This document shows, one piece after another, positions 20,341 through 32,443 of a stretch of DNA of 64,000 nt (positions within the stretch are counted from its first letter, which is position 1; the number at the start of each line of letters is the position of its first letter). The DNA comes from an uncultured Clostridia bacterium (GTDB lineage: Bacteria > Bacillota > Clostridia > TANB77 > CAG-508). Under the pieces are notes generated by a model. It had not been told where the DNA came from and ran no database searches. It saw only the letters and a program-made list of their open reading frames with translations. Position numbers and translations under genes: made by a program. Location of the stretch: contig CALXZT010000001.1 of assembly GCA_944393315.1 (NCBI GenBank), positions 10,252 through 74,251 of the forward strand, written 5' to 3'.

Positions 20341-22353
20341 TTAGCCTTCTTTATTTTTGTATTGTTTAAATATCAATTCTACTTTAAATAAGTCTCCATC
20401 AACTTGTATATTAAATTTTCCATTTTGCAGTTCTGTTAAGCTTTTAGAGATTGATATTCCAAGTCCGCTTCCTTCTGTATTTCTTGATTTGTCACCTCTT
20501 ACGAATCTTTCCATTAATTCGTCTACAGTTATATTTAACTTTTGTTTTGATATATTCTTAAAACTAATATATACTTTTTGTTCTTTTAGTTTTACATCAA
20601 TATATACTCTTGAATTTTCTAAAGAATATTTAGAAATATTGCTATATATATTTTCTATAATTCTATACATGTATCTGCTATCAGCATTTATATCAATTTC
20701 CTCATTTGGCAAGTTAGGAATAATTTCTAATCCTTTTTCTTTAAATTTATCTTCAAATTCTCCTATAGATTGATTTATTAGTTCCCCAACATTAATTTTT
20801 TCAATATTGAACTTTACATTTCCTGATGATACTTTTGAAGCTTCAATTAAATCTTCTGTAAGTTTTTTTAGTCTTTGTGATTTATTGTCTAAAATTCTTA
20901 TATATTCTTTTGCTTTTTCATTTTGGATATTTTCTTGTTTTAATAAATCCACATAATTAATTATGGAGGTTAACGGTGTCTTTATGTCATGTGAGACATT
21001 TGTTATAAGTTCTGTTTTTAATCTTTCAGATTTTATGCTTTCTTGTATTGCATTTGAAAATCCTCCCGCAATATCATTTATGTATGTACTTAATTCTTTT
21101 AGTTCTCCTTTTACAAGTGTTTCATCTATTTTTTGTTCAAAGTCTCCATTATATATTTGTTTAGTAGTGTTTTTTACTAATTTAAACTCATCTATTTTTT
21201 TAAATATTTTATATAATATGTAACCCCAAAATGCAATTAAAAGTAAAAGTCCAACTCCTTCCATGTTAAATAAGATTACACTAATTAATGTTGTTCCTAT
21301 AAAATATAATACTATTTTTATATTTAACTCTATATTTCTTGTTGTTGTGTCATAAATTTTTTGACAAAACTTTAATATACTATTTACAATTTGGTATAAT
21401 AACGAACTCTTTATTAAAGTTCCTGTTTTTATTTTTTTTATAATTATTGTGGTTATTGCTGCTAAAATAATATATAACACAATATAAAAGATAATAAATA
21501 AATTTGCAATAACTATTAATTCTATTTTCTCACTTAACCTTATTCCAAAGTTGATTTCTGAGGCAAAATAACAAATAAAAATAATTAATATTATACTTAT
21601 AATTCCTGTTATTTCTATAGGCCATTTATCCACCTTATTTAAATAAATTTCTTTGTTTCCTCTTTTGTGTCCTATTGAAATACATAAATACACTATCATT
21701 ACAATTATTATAATTATGAGAATAGGTATTGCAATGGTTGGAATCCATTTCATTTTTTGTGCTAAATTAAATATAATATTTTCCAAAAATACTTCATGTT
21801 GTTCATTATTTAAACATGTATATATATCATATTTTCCTTCTTTAAGTTCCTCATACAACTGTGAATATTTTATACTTTTTAAATTTTCGTTTTCTATATT
21901 TGTATTTACAATATTTTCTTTTCCTTCATAGTTCCAATATAGATTTTGTTCATTTATGATTAAGTCTTTTATTTCTGTTAAACTATCTGTTTTTTCTGTA
22001 ATATTTACATTTGTATATATTTCTTGTGTTTCATTATCTATAATTAAATATGTAATCATTTTTGATGTTATATTATAAGAATTATAGTATATTTCTTCCT
22101 CTGTATTTTCAATTTTTGTATAACTTCTTTTTGCATTATTGGTATTATATACTATTGTATTTACTTTTGACTCATATATTGATGCAAATCTATTTGTTTC
22201 ATAGAACTTGCTTTTAGTAAGCATTTCTGGGTACTCAATAATGTATTCTGTATATATTGCACTTAATAATATTATAATTACAAATATTGGTATTAATATA
22301 TAACAAATGGCTTTTAAAAATACAGAATTCCTTATGTCTCTTTTCATTTTCAA
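20341..22353 (-). CDS. sensor histidine kinase with a large extracytoplasmic domain
   Basis: Two TMs flanking a ~180 aa loop, HisKA ITNVSHDIKTPLTSI, HATPase_c G-boxes (GSGLGISI). Confidence 0.85.
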   Translation of the reverse strand: MKMKRDIRNSVFLKAICYILIPIFVIIILLSAIYTEYIIEYPEMLTKSKFYETNRFASIYESKVNTIVYNTNNAKRSYTKIENTEEEIYYNSYNITSKMITYLIIDNETQEIYTNVNITEKTDSLTEIKDLIINEQNLYWNYEGKENIVNTNIENENLKSIKYSQLYEELKEGKYDIYTCLNNEQHEVFLENIIFNLAQKMKWIPTIAIPILIIIIIVMIVYLCISIGHKRGNKEIYLNKVDKWPIEITGIISIILIIFICYFASEINFGIRLSEKIELIVIANLFIIFYIVLYIILAAITTIIIKKIKTGTLIKSSLLYQIVNSILKFCQKIYDTTTRNIELNIKIVLYFIGTTLISVILFNMEGVGLLLLIAFWGYILYKIFKKIDEFKLVKNTTKQIYNGDFEQKIDETLVKGELKELSTYINDIAGGFSNAIQESIKSERLKTELITNVSHDIKTPLTSIINYVDLLKQENIQNEKAKEYIRILDNKSQRLKKLTEDLIEASKVSSGNVKFNIEKINVGELINQSIGEFEDKFKEKGLEIIPNLPNEEIDINADSRYMYRIIENIYSNISKYSLENSRVYIDVKLKEQKVYISFKNISKQKLNITVDELMERFVRGDKSRNTEGSGLGISISKSLTELQNGKFNIQVDGDLFKVELIFKQYKNKEG

Positions 22354-22359
22354 TTCCCC

Positions 22360-23055
22360 CTATAAATTTTCTATTTTATAACCTATTCCCCAAATTACCT
22401 TTAGATATTTTGGCTCTTTGGGGTTTATCTCAATCTTTTGCCTAATATGCCTAATATGTACAGCTATTATATTTTCAGTCCCATAGCTTTCCTCTTCCCA
22501 TACATTTTCATATATTTGTTCTATTGAATATACTACACCTTTATTTTTTATTAGAAATTTTAATATGTTATATTCTATAGGTGTTAGTTTAACATCTTTT
22601 CCATCTACTGTTACTTTTTTTAATGTATCATTTACTACTAATTCACCTGTTTTAAAAATTTCTTTATTGTTCTTGTCTTCCAACACCCCAAGTTTTGTGT
22701 ATCTACGTATTCCTGAGTTTACTCTTGCTATTAGTTCTAATGGATTAAATGGTTTTGTTACATAATCATCTGCGCCTAAATTTAAACCTCTTATTTTGTC
22801 TTCATCTTCTGATTTTGCTGATAACATTATTACTGGAATTGCTTCTGTTTTTCGTATTTCATTTAAAGTCTCTATTCCATCTTTAATTGGCATCATGATG
22901 TCTAAAATTATTAGATGAATGGAATTATTTCTTAGAATTTTTAAAACTTCTTCACCATTATAGGCTTTTAAAACATTATAGCCCTCTTTACTTAGATAAA
23001 TTTCAATTGCAGATACAATTTCTTTATCATCATCACATACTAAAATATTGTACAT
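22360..23055 (-). CDS. OmpR-family DNA-binding response regulator
   Basis: Receiver domain (ILVCDDD, phospho-Asp in LIILDIMMP) + winged helix (KVIWGIGYK). Confidence 0.9.
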   Translation of the reverse strand: MYNILVCDDDKEIVSAIEIYLSKEGYNVLKAYNGEEVLKILRNNSIHLIILDIMMPIKDGIETLNEIRKTEAIPVIMLSAKSEDEDKIRGLNLGADDYVTKPFNPLELIARVNSGIRRYTKLGVLEDKNNKEIFKTGELVVNDTLKKVTVDGKDVKLTPIEYNILKFLIKNKGVVYSIEQIYENVWEEESYGTENIIAVHIRHIRQKIEINPKEPKYLKVIWGIGYKIENL

Positions 23056-23166
23056 ATTATTACTTATGTTAGCTTTTGTAGCGTAACATTTCCCCCTTTT
23101 TATATTATATAAGACAACCTAAAAATTAAATTTATAATTTTTAGATTGTCTAAATTATATCAGTAA

Positions 23167-23209
23167 TTTATTAAGAAAAAATAGAGAATTTATTAAGATT
23201 TTATTAAGA
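23167..23209 (-). promoter_or_regulatory. three direct repeats TTTATTAAGA spaced 22 and 11 bp apart, ~110-150 bp upstream of the response regulator gene
   Basis: Repeats read directly. Helical-turn spacing fits OmpR-family binding sites. Confidence 0.3.
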
Positions 23210-23212
23210 TTT

Positions 23213-23974
23213 TTAATTAGTATTATCATCTTGTATTTCTGTCATGTCTTCTTCAACGTAATTTGTTTCTATTTTGTTTGCCTCCTCTTCGATTTTTTCT
23301 GCTTCCTCATTAGTTAAATATCCGCATTCAACCATTTTATTTAGAACTTGTCTTTGTCTTTTATGTGCAAGACTCAAGTTTTTAGTAGGTGCATAGACAC
23401 TTGGTGCATTTGGAATTCCTGCAAGTAATGTTGCTTCATAATCAGTCATATCTAATGGTTCTTTTTTAAAATAATGATTAGCTGCTTCTTTTACAGTGTA
23501 ACAACCATCTCCAAAATAACTGGTATTTAAGTATAATTCTAGAATTTCATCTTTTTCATAATTGTTTTCTATCTCAATTGCCATAAATGCTTCAGATATT
23601 TTTCGCATAATTTCCTTTTCTTGAGTAAAATATGTATTTTTGGCTAATTGCTGAGTTATTGTACTTCCTCCTTCAACAAAGCTCATTGCTTTTATATCGT
23701 TTATTATTGCTCTTCCTAATGAGATTGGATCTATTCCTTTATGTGTATAAAATCGTTTGTCTTCTACTGATAGTACGGCATTTAAATATATTTCCGGCAT
23801 TTCTTCTATTTTCGTATAATTTTCTTTTTCTCTTATTTCTGCGACTTTTTCTTCTAAAGGCATTTCCTGTAGTGCTTCTTTATAATAGCTGTACCCTATG
23901 GCCATTAATACTATGCCTATCACCATTACAATTGCTAATATTAGTAATACTATTTTTCCAATAATTTTCTTCAT
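23213..23974 (-). CDS. mtgA: monofunctional biosynthetic peptidoglycan transglycosylase (GT51)
   Basis: EDKRFYTHKGID and GGSTITQQLAKN GT51 motifs. N-terminal TM. 253 aa. Confidence 0.85.
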   Translation of the reverse strand: MKKIIGKIVLLILAIVMVIGIVLMAIGYSYYKEALQEMPLEEKVAEIREKENYTKIEEMPEIYLNAVLSVEDKRFYTHKGIDPISLGRAIINDIKAMSFVEGGSTITQQLAKNTYFTQEKEIMRKISEAFMAIEIENNYEKDEILELYLNTSYFGDGCYTVKEAANHYFKKEPLDMTDYEATLLAGIPNAPSVYAPTKNLSLAHKRQRQVLNKMVECGYLTNEEAEKIEEEANKIETNYVEEDMTEIQDDNTN

Positions 23975-24188
23975 ATTTAATCCCCTTCTTTCCTCCTTTT
24001 ATAACTTTGGGCCTGTCTAAAGAGTCATGAAAGTATTAAGTTTTTTATTTAATTATATATTTTTTTGTGACTATCAAGTGACTTTTTTCGACTTTATTAT
24101 ATATTTTTTTCATATCTTGTGTCAATGGTTTTTATTGGCTGTTGTTTTACAATTTTAAAGGATATAATATTAAATAAATTTTATTTAT

Positions 24189-24214
24189 AAAAAGGAAGCA
24201 ATTTATGCTCCCTT
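24189..24214 (-). terminator. asnB terminator (GGGAGCATAAATTGCTTCC + TTTTT on the minus strand)
   Basis: Read directly. Confidence 0.45.
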
Positions 24215-24222
24215 TTTTATAT

Positions 24223-26070
24223 TTAGATTTCGACCTTAGGCTGATATCTCTCAAGCCACATATTAACTTGGCATAAATATGCCATAAGCTGAGGTCCTGT
24301 CATTAATTGGCCAAACCATGGTCTAGTAAAGGCCTTACCATCTGTATCTAAGATTTCTAAAATATATTTTCTGTTTAAAATATTATTAATCGGTGCTGAT
24401 TTATTTTCCATAATATCTGAAAGAATCTTTTTTACTCTAGCTAAATAAGTTGGGTTATGAGTTTTTGGATATGGGCTTTTCTTTCTCTTAGCAACCTCCT
24501 CAGGTAATATTTTTTTGGCAATATAGCGAAGTAATCCCTTTTCTCTACCATTTAATGCTTTCATCTCCCATGGAATATTCCAAACATATTCAGCCAAACG
24601 ATAATCACAAAATGGAACTCTAAGTTCAAAACCATTATACATTGCTGTCCTGTCTGACCTATCAAGAAGAGTTTGCATAAACCAGTTTAATGTTAAATGC
24701 GAAATTTTTCTTTTTTCTGCTGTTTCTTTTGAATCTGTTTCTAGTATTTCTACTTCACTTAGACTTTCTTTATATCTAAAGTCTATATATTCTCTTAAAT
24801 CTATTTTTGAAGAAATTTCTGGATGTAGTAATTTGTTTCGTTCATCAATAGCAATTGACCAAGGAAATGTATTACTTTTTAGTGCATCCTCTCTAAAAAA
24901 CCATGGATAACCTCCAAAAATTTCATCTGCACATTCTCCAGTTAAAGAAACAGTTGCTTGTTTTTTTACATTTTTGCAAAATAGTAGCAAAGAAGAGTCA
25001 ATATCTGCCATCCCTGGCATATCACGAGCAATCATTGCATCTTCTAGATAATCTGCAAGTTCTGGTGTATCTATGACTATTGTCTTATGTTTACAATAAA
25101 TATTTTTAGTCATTAAATTAATATAGTAATTATCAGAATTTGGTTGGAAATCACTTTTTACGAAATTTTTGTCATTATCTACATAATCTATTGAAAATGT
25201 ATTTAACGGTGCTAAACCTTGCTCTTTACAATAATCTGATGCATATTTTGCGATAATGCTTGAATCTAAACCACCAGACAAAAATATACAAAGAGGTACA
25301 TCTGAAACCAATTGTCTTTTAATTGCATTTTCTAATAAATATTCTACTTTTTCACAAGTTTGCTCTAAATTATCAGTATGCTCCTTACTCTTTAATTGCC
25401 AGTATTTTTCTATATGAAGTCCTGTCTTATTAAAAGTTGCAAAATGTGCTGGTTTTAATTCAAAAATATCTTTAAATACAGTAGTTCCAGCAGTATGTGC
25501 AGGTCCTATTCCTAAAAGTTCTGCAATTCCTTGTTTATCTACTATTTTTTCTATCTCTGGATATTCAAAAATTGCTTTAATTTCTGATGCAAAAATCAAG
25601 GTATTATCTCTAGTAGTATAATACAATGGTTTTACTCCAAAATGGTCACGTGCTATAAATAATTCCTCTGTTTTTGTATTCCATATTGCAAAAGCAAAGA
25701 TTCCATTTAAGTAATTTACTACATCTTTTCCAAAATGAATATAACTTTTTAGAAGTACTTCAGTATCAGAATGTCCATTAAATTCAAATCCATTATCTAT
25801 TAGTATCTTTCTTATTTCTTCTGTGTTATATATCTGTCCATTATAAACAATGATATAAGTGCTATCTTGAAATCTTTCGACCATTGGCTGTTTACCGCCT
25901 TCTGGATCAATTACAATTAGTCTTTTATGACCTAGAGCCACATGTTTAGATATGTAATATCCTTCTTCATCTGGTCCTCTTTTTGATAAAGTTTCATTCA
26001 TATTATTTAAAACATTTCTATAATTTGATATATCTTTTTTTAAGTTTGCAAATCCTACAATTCCACACAT
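24223..26070 (-). CDS. asnB: asparagine synthase (glutamine-hydrolysing)
   Basis: MCGIVGF N-terminal nucleophile. SGGLDSS PP-loop. 615 aa. Confidence 0.9.
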   Translation of the reverse strand: MCGIVGFANLKKDISNYRNVLNNMNETLSKRGPDEEGYYISKHVALGHKRLIVIDPEGGKQPMVERFQDSTYIIVYNGQIYNTEEIRKILIDNGFEFNGHSDTEVLLKSYIHFGKDVVNYLNGIFAFAIWNTKTEELFIARDHFGVKPLYYTTRDNTLIFASEIKAIFEYPEIEKIVDKQGIAELLGIGPAHTAGTTVFKDIFELKPAHFATFNKTGLHIEKYWQLKSKEHTDNLEQTCEKVEYLLENAIKRQLVSDVPLCIFLSGGLDSSIIAKYASDYCKEQGLAPLNTFSIDYVDNDKNFVKSDFQPNSDNYYINLMTKNIYCKHKTIVIDTPELADYLEDAMIARDMPGMADIDSSLLLFCKNVKKQATVSLTGECADEIFGGYPWFFREDALKSNTFPWSIAIDERNKLLHPEISSKIDLREYIDFRYKESLSEVEILETDSKETAEKRKISHLTLNWFMQTLLDRSDRTAMYNGFELRVPFCDYRLAEYVWNIPWEMKALNGREKGLLRYIAKKILPEEVAKRKKSPYPKTHNPTYLARVKKILSDIMENKSAPINNILNRKYILEILDTDGKAFTRPWFGQLMTGPQLMAYLCQVNMWLERYQPKVEI

Positions 26071-26169
26071 TTATTTATAATCTACTTTATAAGTAGATTT
26101 CCCCCTTTCTTTAGGATGTATTCATTTATAGTATATTCATTTTTTTATATTATGTTACCTGTATTAAAG

Positions 26170-26206
26170 TAAAAATCAAGCATTTACTTTTTAGTAAATA
26201 CTTGAT
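26170..26206 (-). terminator. terminator of the 26212..26703 gene (ATCAAGTATTTAC/GTAAATGCTTGAT + TTTTT)
   Basis: Read directly. Confidence 0.5.
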
Positions 26207-26211
26207 CTTAA

Positions 26212-26703
26212 TTAGTCATCATTTCTGTTATTATAATTATCTCTAGTTATTTGTGTTGAATAATACCATACGAGTGCAATTATTACTACTGCTGCAACAG
26301 CAAGTACTAACCAAGTCCAAGCAGTTGAAGTCATTCCCATAAATGTATCTGAAGTTGCTGTTCTTCTTGCTGAATAACCTGTTCCATTTGTTGTATTCAT
26401 TGTGTTATTTATAGTGTTTCCCATTATTCCTTCACCAGTTCTGTTATTTTCTCCATTCATGTTTTGTGTCATATTTTCATTATGGTTTGAATCATTTTTG
26501 TTTTCTGTAACTTCTTCTGTCGCATTTTTTGAAGCTCCTGATATATTTTTTGCAGCATCTTCTACTGCATTTTCGGCACCACCAACAGCATTTCTTACAC
26601 TTTCTGCTGCATTATTTAATGCTCCATCTGTAGCAAAAACTGTTGTAAAAGAAAAAACTAGAGAAACAATTATGAATAGGATTATAAAAATTTTCTTGCT
26701 CAT
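26212..26703 (-). CDS. secreted N/T/G-rich low-complexity protein with signal peptide and C-terminal hydrophobic anchor
   Basis: Signal peptide (FTTVFA-TDG), low-complexity middle, C-terminal TM + charged tail. Confidence 0.5.
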   Translation of the reverse strand: MSKKIFIILFIIVSLVFSFTTVFATDGALNNAAESVRNAVGGAENAVEDAAKNISGASKNATEEVTENKNDSNHNENMTQNMNGENNRTGEGIMGNTINNTMNTTNGTGYSARRTATSDTFMGMTSTAWTWLVLAVAAVVIIALVWYYSTQITRDNYNNRNDD

Positions 26704-26840
26704 AATTTTTCCTCCTTTTCAATTAATATTATTATTTTTTTTGGAGAAAATATACTTGAAAAAATTTGCAAATGAAATAATTACTCTAAAATTAATTATT
26801 AGAATAATATTTGGCTTTTTTAACTGTTCGTGAAATTATT

Positions 26841-26880
26841 AAAAAATATACATTGCGTAAAAACAATGTATATATATTTT
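26841..26880 (-). terminator. terminator of the 26884..27285 gene (10-bp perfect stem ATATACATTG/CAATGTATAT, T-runs both sides)
   Basis: Read directly. Confidence 0.55.
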
Positions 26881-26883
26881 AAA

Positions 26884-27285
26884 CTATTTTTTTAATTTTA
26901 TTAAAATCGCAATTGCAAGCAAAATTATGACTATTCCAACAGCAATTAAACAAATACTTAAAGCATTTGATATTGTAAGTTCTTGTGTGCTTACTGTTAT
27001 TTGTGTAGTAAAATTACCTCGTGTTCCACTTTCTGTAGTGGAACTTGTATCTACTATGCTACTAGTACCTGTGTTAGTGGTGGTGTTGGTGTTAGCATTA
27101 CCATTAGTAGTATTATTATTAGTGTTAGAGTTAGTATTAGTACTAATATTGTTGTTACTATCAGTACCTGAATTAGTATTTGTATTGTTTCCTAAATTCA
27201 TGTTTAGTGCATAGACATTTGTTGAACTTAATATAAAAAATAACATGATAATTATTATACTTAAAACTCTCAAAATTTTTAACAT
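26884..27285 (-). CDS. secreted N/T-rich low-complexity protein with signal peptide and C-terminal TM + KLKK tail
   Basis: Same architecture as the 26212..26703 product. Confidence 0.5.
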   Translation of the reverse strand: MLKILRVLSIIIIMLFFILSSTNVYALNMNLGNNTNTNSGTDSNNNISTNTNSNTNNNTTNGNANTNTTTNTGTSSIVDTSSTTESGTRGNFTTQITVSTQELTISNALSICLIAVGIVIILLAIAILIKLKK

Positions 27286-27421
27286 TTGTTAAACCTCCAT
27301 AATTGTATATTTTAAATGTAATATAATAATAGCACAAAGTAAAATAAAAAGTCTATATTTTTTTAAAATTTTATTAAAGGTTTGTAACTATTTTGAGTTA
27401 TCAAATATTATCATAAAAATA

Positions 27422-28456
27422 TTATTTTTCTATTTTTTTCAGATTTTTCCTTCTTAATTGCCCACAAGCTGCATCAATATCTGAACCAAGTTCACGCCTT
27501 ATTGTTGCCACAATTCCATGCTCATTTAAATAGTCTCTAAATTTTATTATATTTTCATTTGAGCTTTTCGTATATGTTCCATTTTCAATTTTGTTAATTG
27601 GAATTAAATTCACATGGCAAATCATTCCTTTTAGTAATTGTACTAACCTTTTTGCATCTTCTAAATTATCATTATTATCTTTTGCTAATGCATATTCAAA
27701 AGATATTCTTCGATTTGTTTTTTCTATATAATCTTTACAGGCTTTAAGAAGCAAGTTTAAATTATAAGTATTATTTATTGGCATCATACTACTTCTTTTA
27801 TCGTCTGTGGTTGCATGTAATGAAATTGAAAGTGTGCATTGTAGATTTTCTTCAGCCAATTTATATATTTGAGGCACTAATCCACTTGTTGAAAGGCTTA
27901 TATGTCTTGCTCCTATATTTATTCCTTTTGGATTATTTATAATTCTTACAGCATTTACAACATTGTTATAATTGTCTAAAGGCTCACCTATTCCCATAAA
28001 TACAACATTTGATATCTTAATGTTTTCTTCTCTTTCTACTGCTAATAATTGTTCAACTATTTCTCCTGATGTTAGATTACGTACAAATTGTATTCCTGTA
28101 GAGGCACAAAACTTGCACCCCATCTTGCATCCAATTTGAGATGACACACATATACTATATCCATGATGGTATTGCATTAAGACTGTTTCTATTGCATTTC
28201 CATCTAATACATCAAATAAATATTTTTTTGTTCCATCTGATGCTACTTGTTTTTTTATCACATTATAAATACATAATGTGTAATTTTGCTTTAACTTTTC
28301 ACGCAAATCTAAAGATATGTTTGTCATTTCATCAAATGTTGTTACATTTGCTTCAAATATCCATTTAAAAACCTGTTCTGCTCTAAAGGGTTTTTCTCCC
28401 ATCTCTACAAATTCTTTTTTTAATTCTTCTAAATTATAATCTTTTATATTTTTCAT
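27422..28456 (-). CDS. rlmN: 23S rRNA/tRNA adenine-C2 methyltransferase RlmN (radical SAM)
   Basis: CKMGCKFCASTG radical-SAM motif, C-terminal ACGQL. Start placed at the internal ATG (MKNIKDY) preceded by SD GAGGAAA. Confidence 0.85.
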   Translation of the reverse strand: MKNIKDYNLEELKKEFVEMGEKPFRAEQVFKWIFEANVTTFDEMTNISLDLREKLKQNYTLCIYNVIKKQVASDGTKKYLFDVLDGNAIETVLMQYHHGYSICVSSQIGCKMGCKFCASTGIQFVRNLTSGEIVEQLLAVEREENIKISNVVFMGIGEPLDNYNNVVNAVRIINNPKGINIGARHISLSTSGLVPQIYKLAEENLQCTLSISLHATTDDKRSSMMPINNTYNLNLLLKACKDYIEKTNRRISFEYALAKDNNDNLEDAKRLVQLLKGMICHVNLIPINKIENGTYTKSSNENIIKFRDYLNEHGIVATIRRELGSDIDAACGQLRRKNLKKIEK

Positions 28457-28575
28457 AATTTCCTCATTTTTGGAAAAGTGGCCAGTTTTCTTTTCCAATT
28501 TTATTCTTATTATTAGTTTAAATTGCTTTTATAAAAATGAAAAATGGAAAAGAGAACCATCCACTTTTCCATTTT

Positions 28576-29736
28576 TTATCCCCAGAAGCTTTTTTTCTTA
28601 ATTGGTGGTTGCTCATTCATCGTTCTTGCTAATTTTTCTAGTAAATCTCTTTGCTCTGAAGTTAGTTTTTTTGGTGTTTGTACAACAACTGTGAAAATAA
28701 AATCTCCTACTACACTTGAATTTAATGATTTAAATCCTTTATTTTTTATAGTGAATTTTTCTCCTGTTTGTGTTGCATCTGGTATTTTGTATTTTTCTTT
28801 ACTTCCATCAACCATTGGTATCTCAAGTTCTGCTCCAAGGGCTGCTTGTGTAATTGTAATTGGAACTTCACAAAATACATTTACTCCTTTTCTAGTAAAT
28901 ATTGCATTTTTCTTTACCTTAACAGTAATGTATAAATCTCCATTTGGACCTCCCTTTTCTCCTGGATCTCCTTCTCCTCTTAATACAACTGTTTGGTTGT
29001 CATCAATTCCTGCTGGGATTTTTACTTTTATTTTAGGTTGTTTTCTTACAGTTCCTTTTCCTCTACAATTTTCACAAGGCTCTTTTATTACTTCACCTGT
29101 ACCATGACAATTTGAGCATGTTCTTGTTGTTTGCATTTGTCCTAAAATTGTATTTTGTATTTGCCTTACCTGTCCTGTTCCATTACATACACTACATTTT
29201 GTTACAACTGTTCCAGGTCTTGCTCCACTTCCATGGCAGACTATGCAGGTCTCATTTCTTGTTATTGAGATATTTTTTTCAACTCCTAAGAAAGCTTCCT
29301 GAAATGTAATTTCTAAATTAACATTTAAGTCAGCACCTTTTCTAGGACCATTGTTCTTTCTAGTACTTGAAGTTCTTGCTCCACCGCCAAAAAAACTAGA
29401 AAAAATATCTCCTAAATCTCCAAAATCAGAAAATCCATCAAATCCTGAGGTAGTATATGAATAATATCCTCCTTGTCCAAAAGGTCCTTGCCCACCAAAT
29501 GGTCCTTGTGGTCCATCAAATCCAAATTGATCATACATTTTTCTTTTTTGAGGGTCTGATAAATTTTCATATGCTTCATTAACCTCTTTAAACTTAGCTT
29601 CTGCCTCTGCTTTATTGTCTGGATTAGCATCTGGGTGATATTTTTTTGCAAGTCTTCTATATGCTTTTTTTATTTCTTCATCACTGGCAGTCTTTGATAA
29701 TCCTAATACTTCATAATAGTCTCTTTTATTTGCCAT
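28576..29736 (-). CDS. dnaJ: molecular chaperone DnaJ
   Basis: J-domain with HPD, G/F-rich region, four CxxCxGxG zinc-finger repeats. Confidence 0.95.
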   Translation of the reverse strand: MANKRDYYEVLGLSKTASDEEIKKAYRRLAKKYHPDANPDNKAEAEAKFKEVNEAYENLSDPQKRKMYDQFGFDGPQGPFGGQGPFGQGGYYSYTTSGFDGFSDFGDLGDIFSSFFGGGARTSSTRKNNGPRKGADLNVNLEITFQEAFLGVEKNISITRNETCIVCHGSGARPGTVVTKCSVCNGTGQVRQIQNTILGQMQTTRTCSNCHGTGEVIKEPCENCRGKGTVRKQPKIKVKIPAGIDDNQTVVLRGEGDPGEKGGPNGDLYITVKVKKNAIFTRKGVNVFCEVPITITQAALGAELEIPMVDGSKEKYKIPDATQTGEKFTIKNKGFKSLNSSVVGDFIFTVVVQTPKKLTSEQRDLLEKLARTMNEQPPIKKKSFWG

Positions 29737-29833
29737 TGTTTTTAGCTATGTCAGTTTAAAAACTAACATTTCCTCCTTATCTATTCAATTTATTATCTTT
29801 AAATTAATAAAGTAAACTGTGTAAAACATTACT

Positions 29834-30355
29834 TTAGATAACCTCTGTCTTATGATATAGTCTTCTAGTTAATATATGTCCACTATCTTTTTCTTTTACT
29901 GATATAATTATTATATTCCCTTTTTCTAAATTATAACTTTCACTATGCATTCTTATGCTTAAAGCATTATTTAAATGTCTGTATGTAACTTTTTGTAAAT
30001 CAACGTCTTCCCCATTAATACTAATTTTTGTTACTTCATATTCAGCTAGAAAATCGTCTCTTTTTATTCCATCTATATATAAAATAAATAATGCTCCCTC
30101 TCCTAAATCTTCTGCATTATCTGGATCTGAATTTGAGTATAATTTAGATGAACTTGAGATTTTTACATCAGCTCTTATGTATGATTCATTTCCATAAAAA
30201 TAATTATATGTTGCTATTAATGACATTACTATAATCAGAGTAATAATGATTACCCCTAGCCTTACCCTTTTCTTTTTTCTTTTCTTCTCTAATACTTTTT
30301 CTAAATCTAAGTCTTCTTTATTAATGTCTATTTTTTTTTCTTCTTTTTTTTTCAT
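29834..30355 (-). CDS. hypothetical membrane-anchored protein inserted between dnaK and dnaJ
   Basis: K/E-rich N-terminus, single TM, ~120 aa extracytoplasmic domain. No motif. Confidence 0.5.
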   Translation of the reverse strand: MKKKEEKKIDINKEDLDLEKVLEKKRKKKRVRLGVIIITLIIVMSLIATYNYFYGNESYIRADVKISSSSKLYSNSDPDNAEDLGEGALFILYIDGIKRDDFLAEYEVTKISINGEDVDLQKVTYRHLNNALSIRMHSESYNLEKGNIIIISVKEKDSGHILTRRLYHKTEVI

Positions 30356-30378
30356 TTTTCCCTCGTATTGAAAATCAG

Positions 30379-30434
30379 TATAAATTCAATTCGAACTGGG
30401 AAAAATTACTTCTCTCAGTTTCAAATTGAATTTA
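30379..30434 (-). terminator. long hairpin (11-bp perfect arms TAAATTCAATT/AATTGAATTTA plus inner pairing) after dnaK: partial terminator/attenuator
   Basis: Read directly. Followed on the minus strand by ATTTTCAATAC then the SD of the next gene. Confidence 0.4.
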
Positions 30435-30471
30435 TCCATATTTTTATTTTAATTATATATTAATATAATTT

Positions 30472-32340
<1,869 letters not shown>

Positions 32341-32443
32341 TTACTTCCTTTCTTTTTTGAGGTTTTATCCTCTTTAAATTTATATTTTTAAAATTATTAA
32401 CTTTTTATAAATTAATCTATAATATATGAATTTGTATTTTAAT

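Noticed and set aside
23100-23160. 16-bp-stem hairpin AGACAACCTAAAAATT...AATTTTTAGATTGTCT as mtgA terminator
   Set aside because: No T-run follows on the minus strand. It may be a structural or operator element rather than an intrinsic terminator, so not listed as a feature
29412-29651. 79-aa minus-strand ORF inside dnaJ
   Set aside because: Out-of-frame overlap entirely within the well-supported dnaJ CDS
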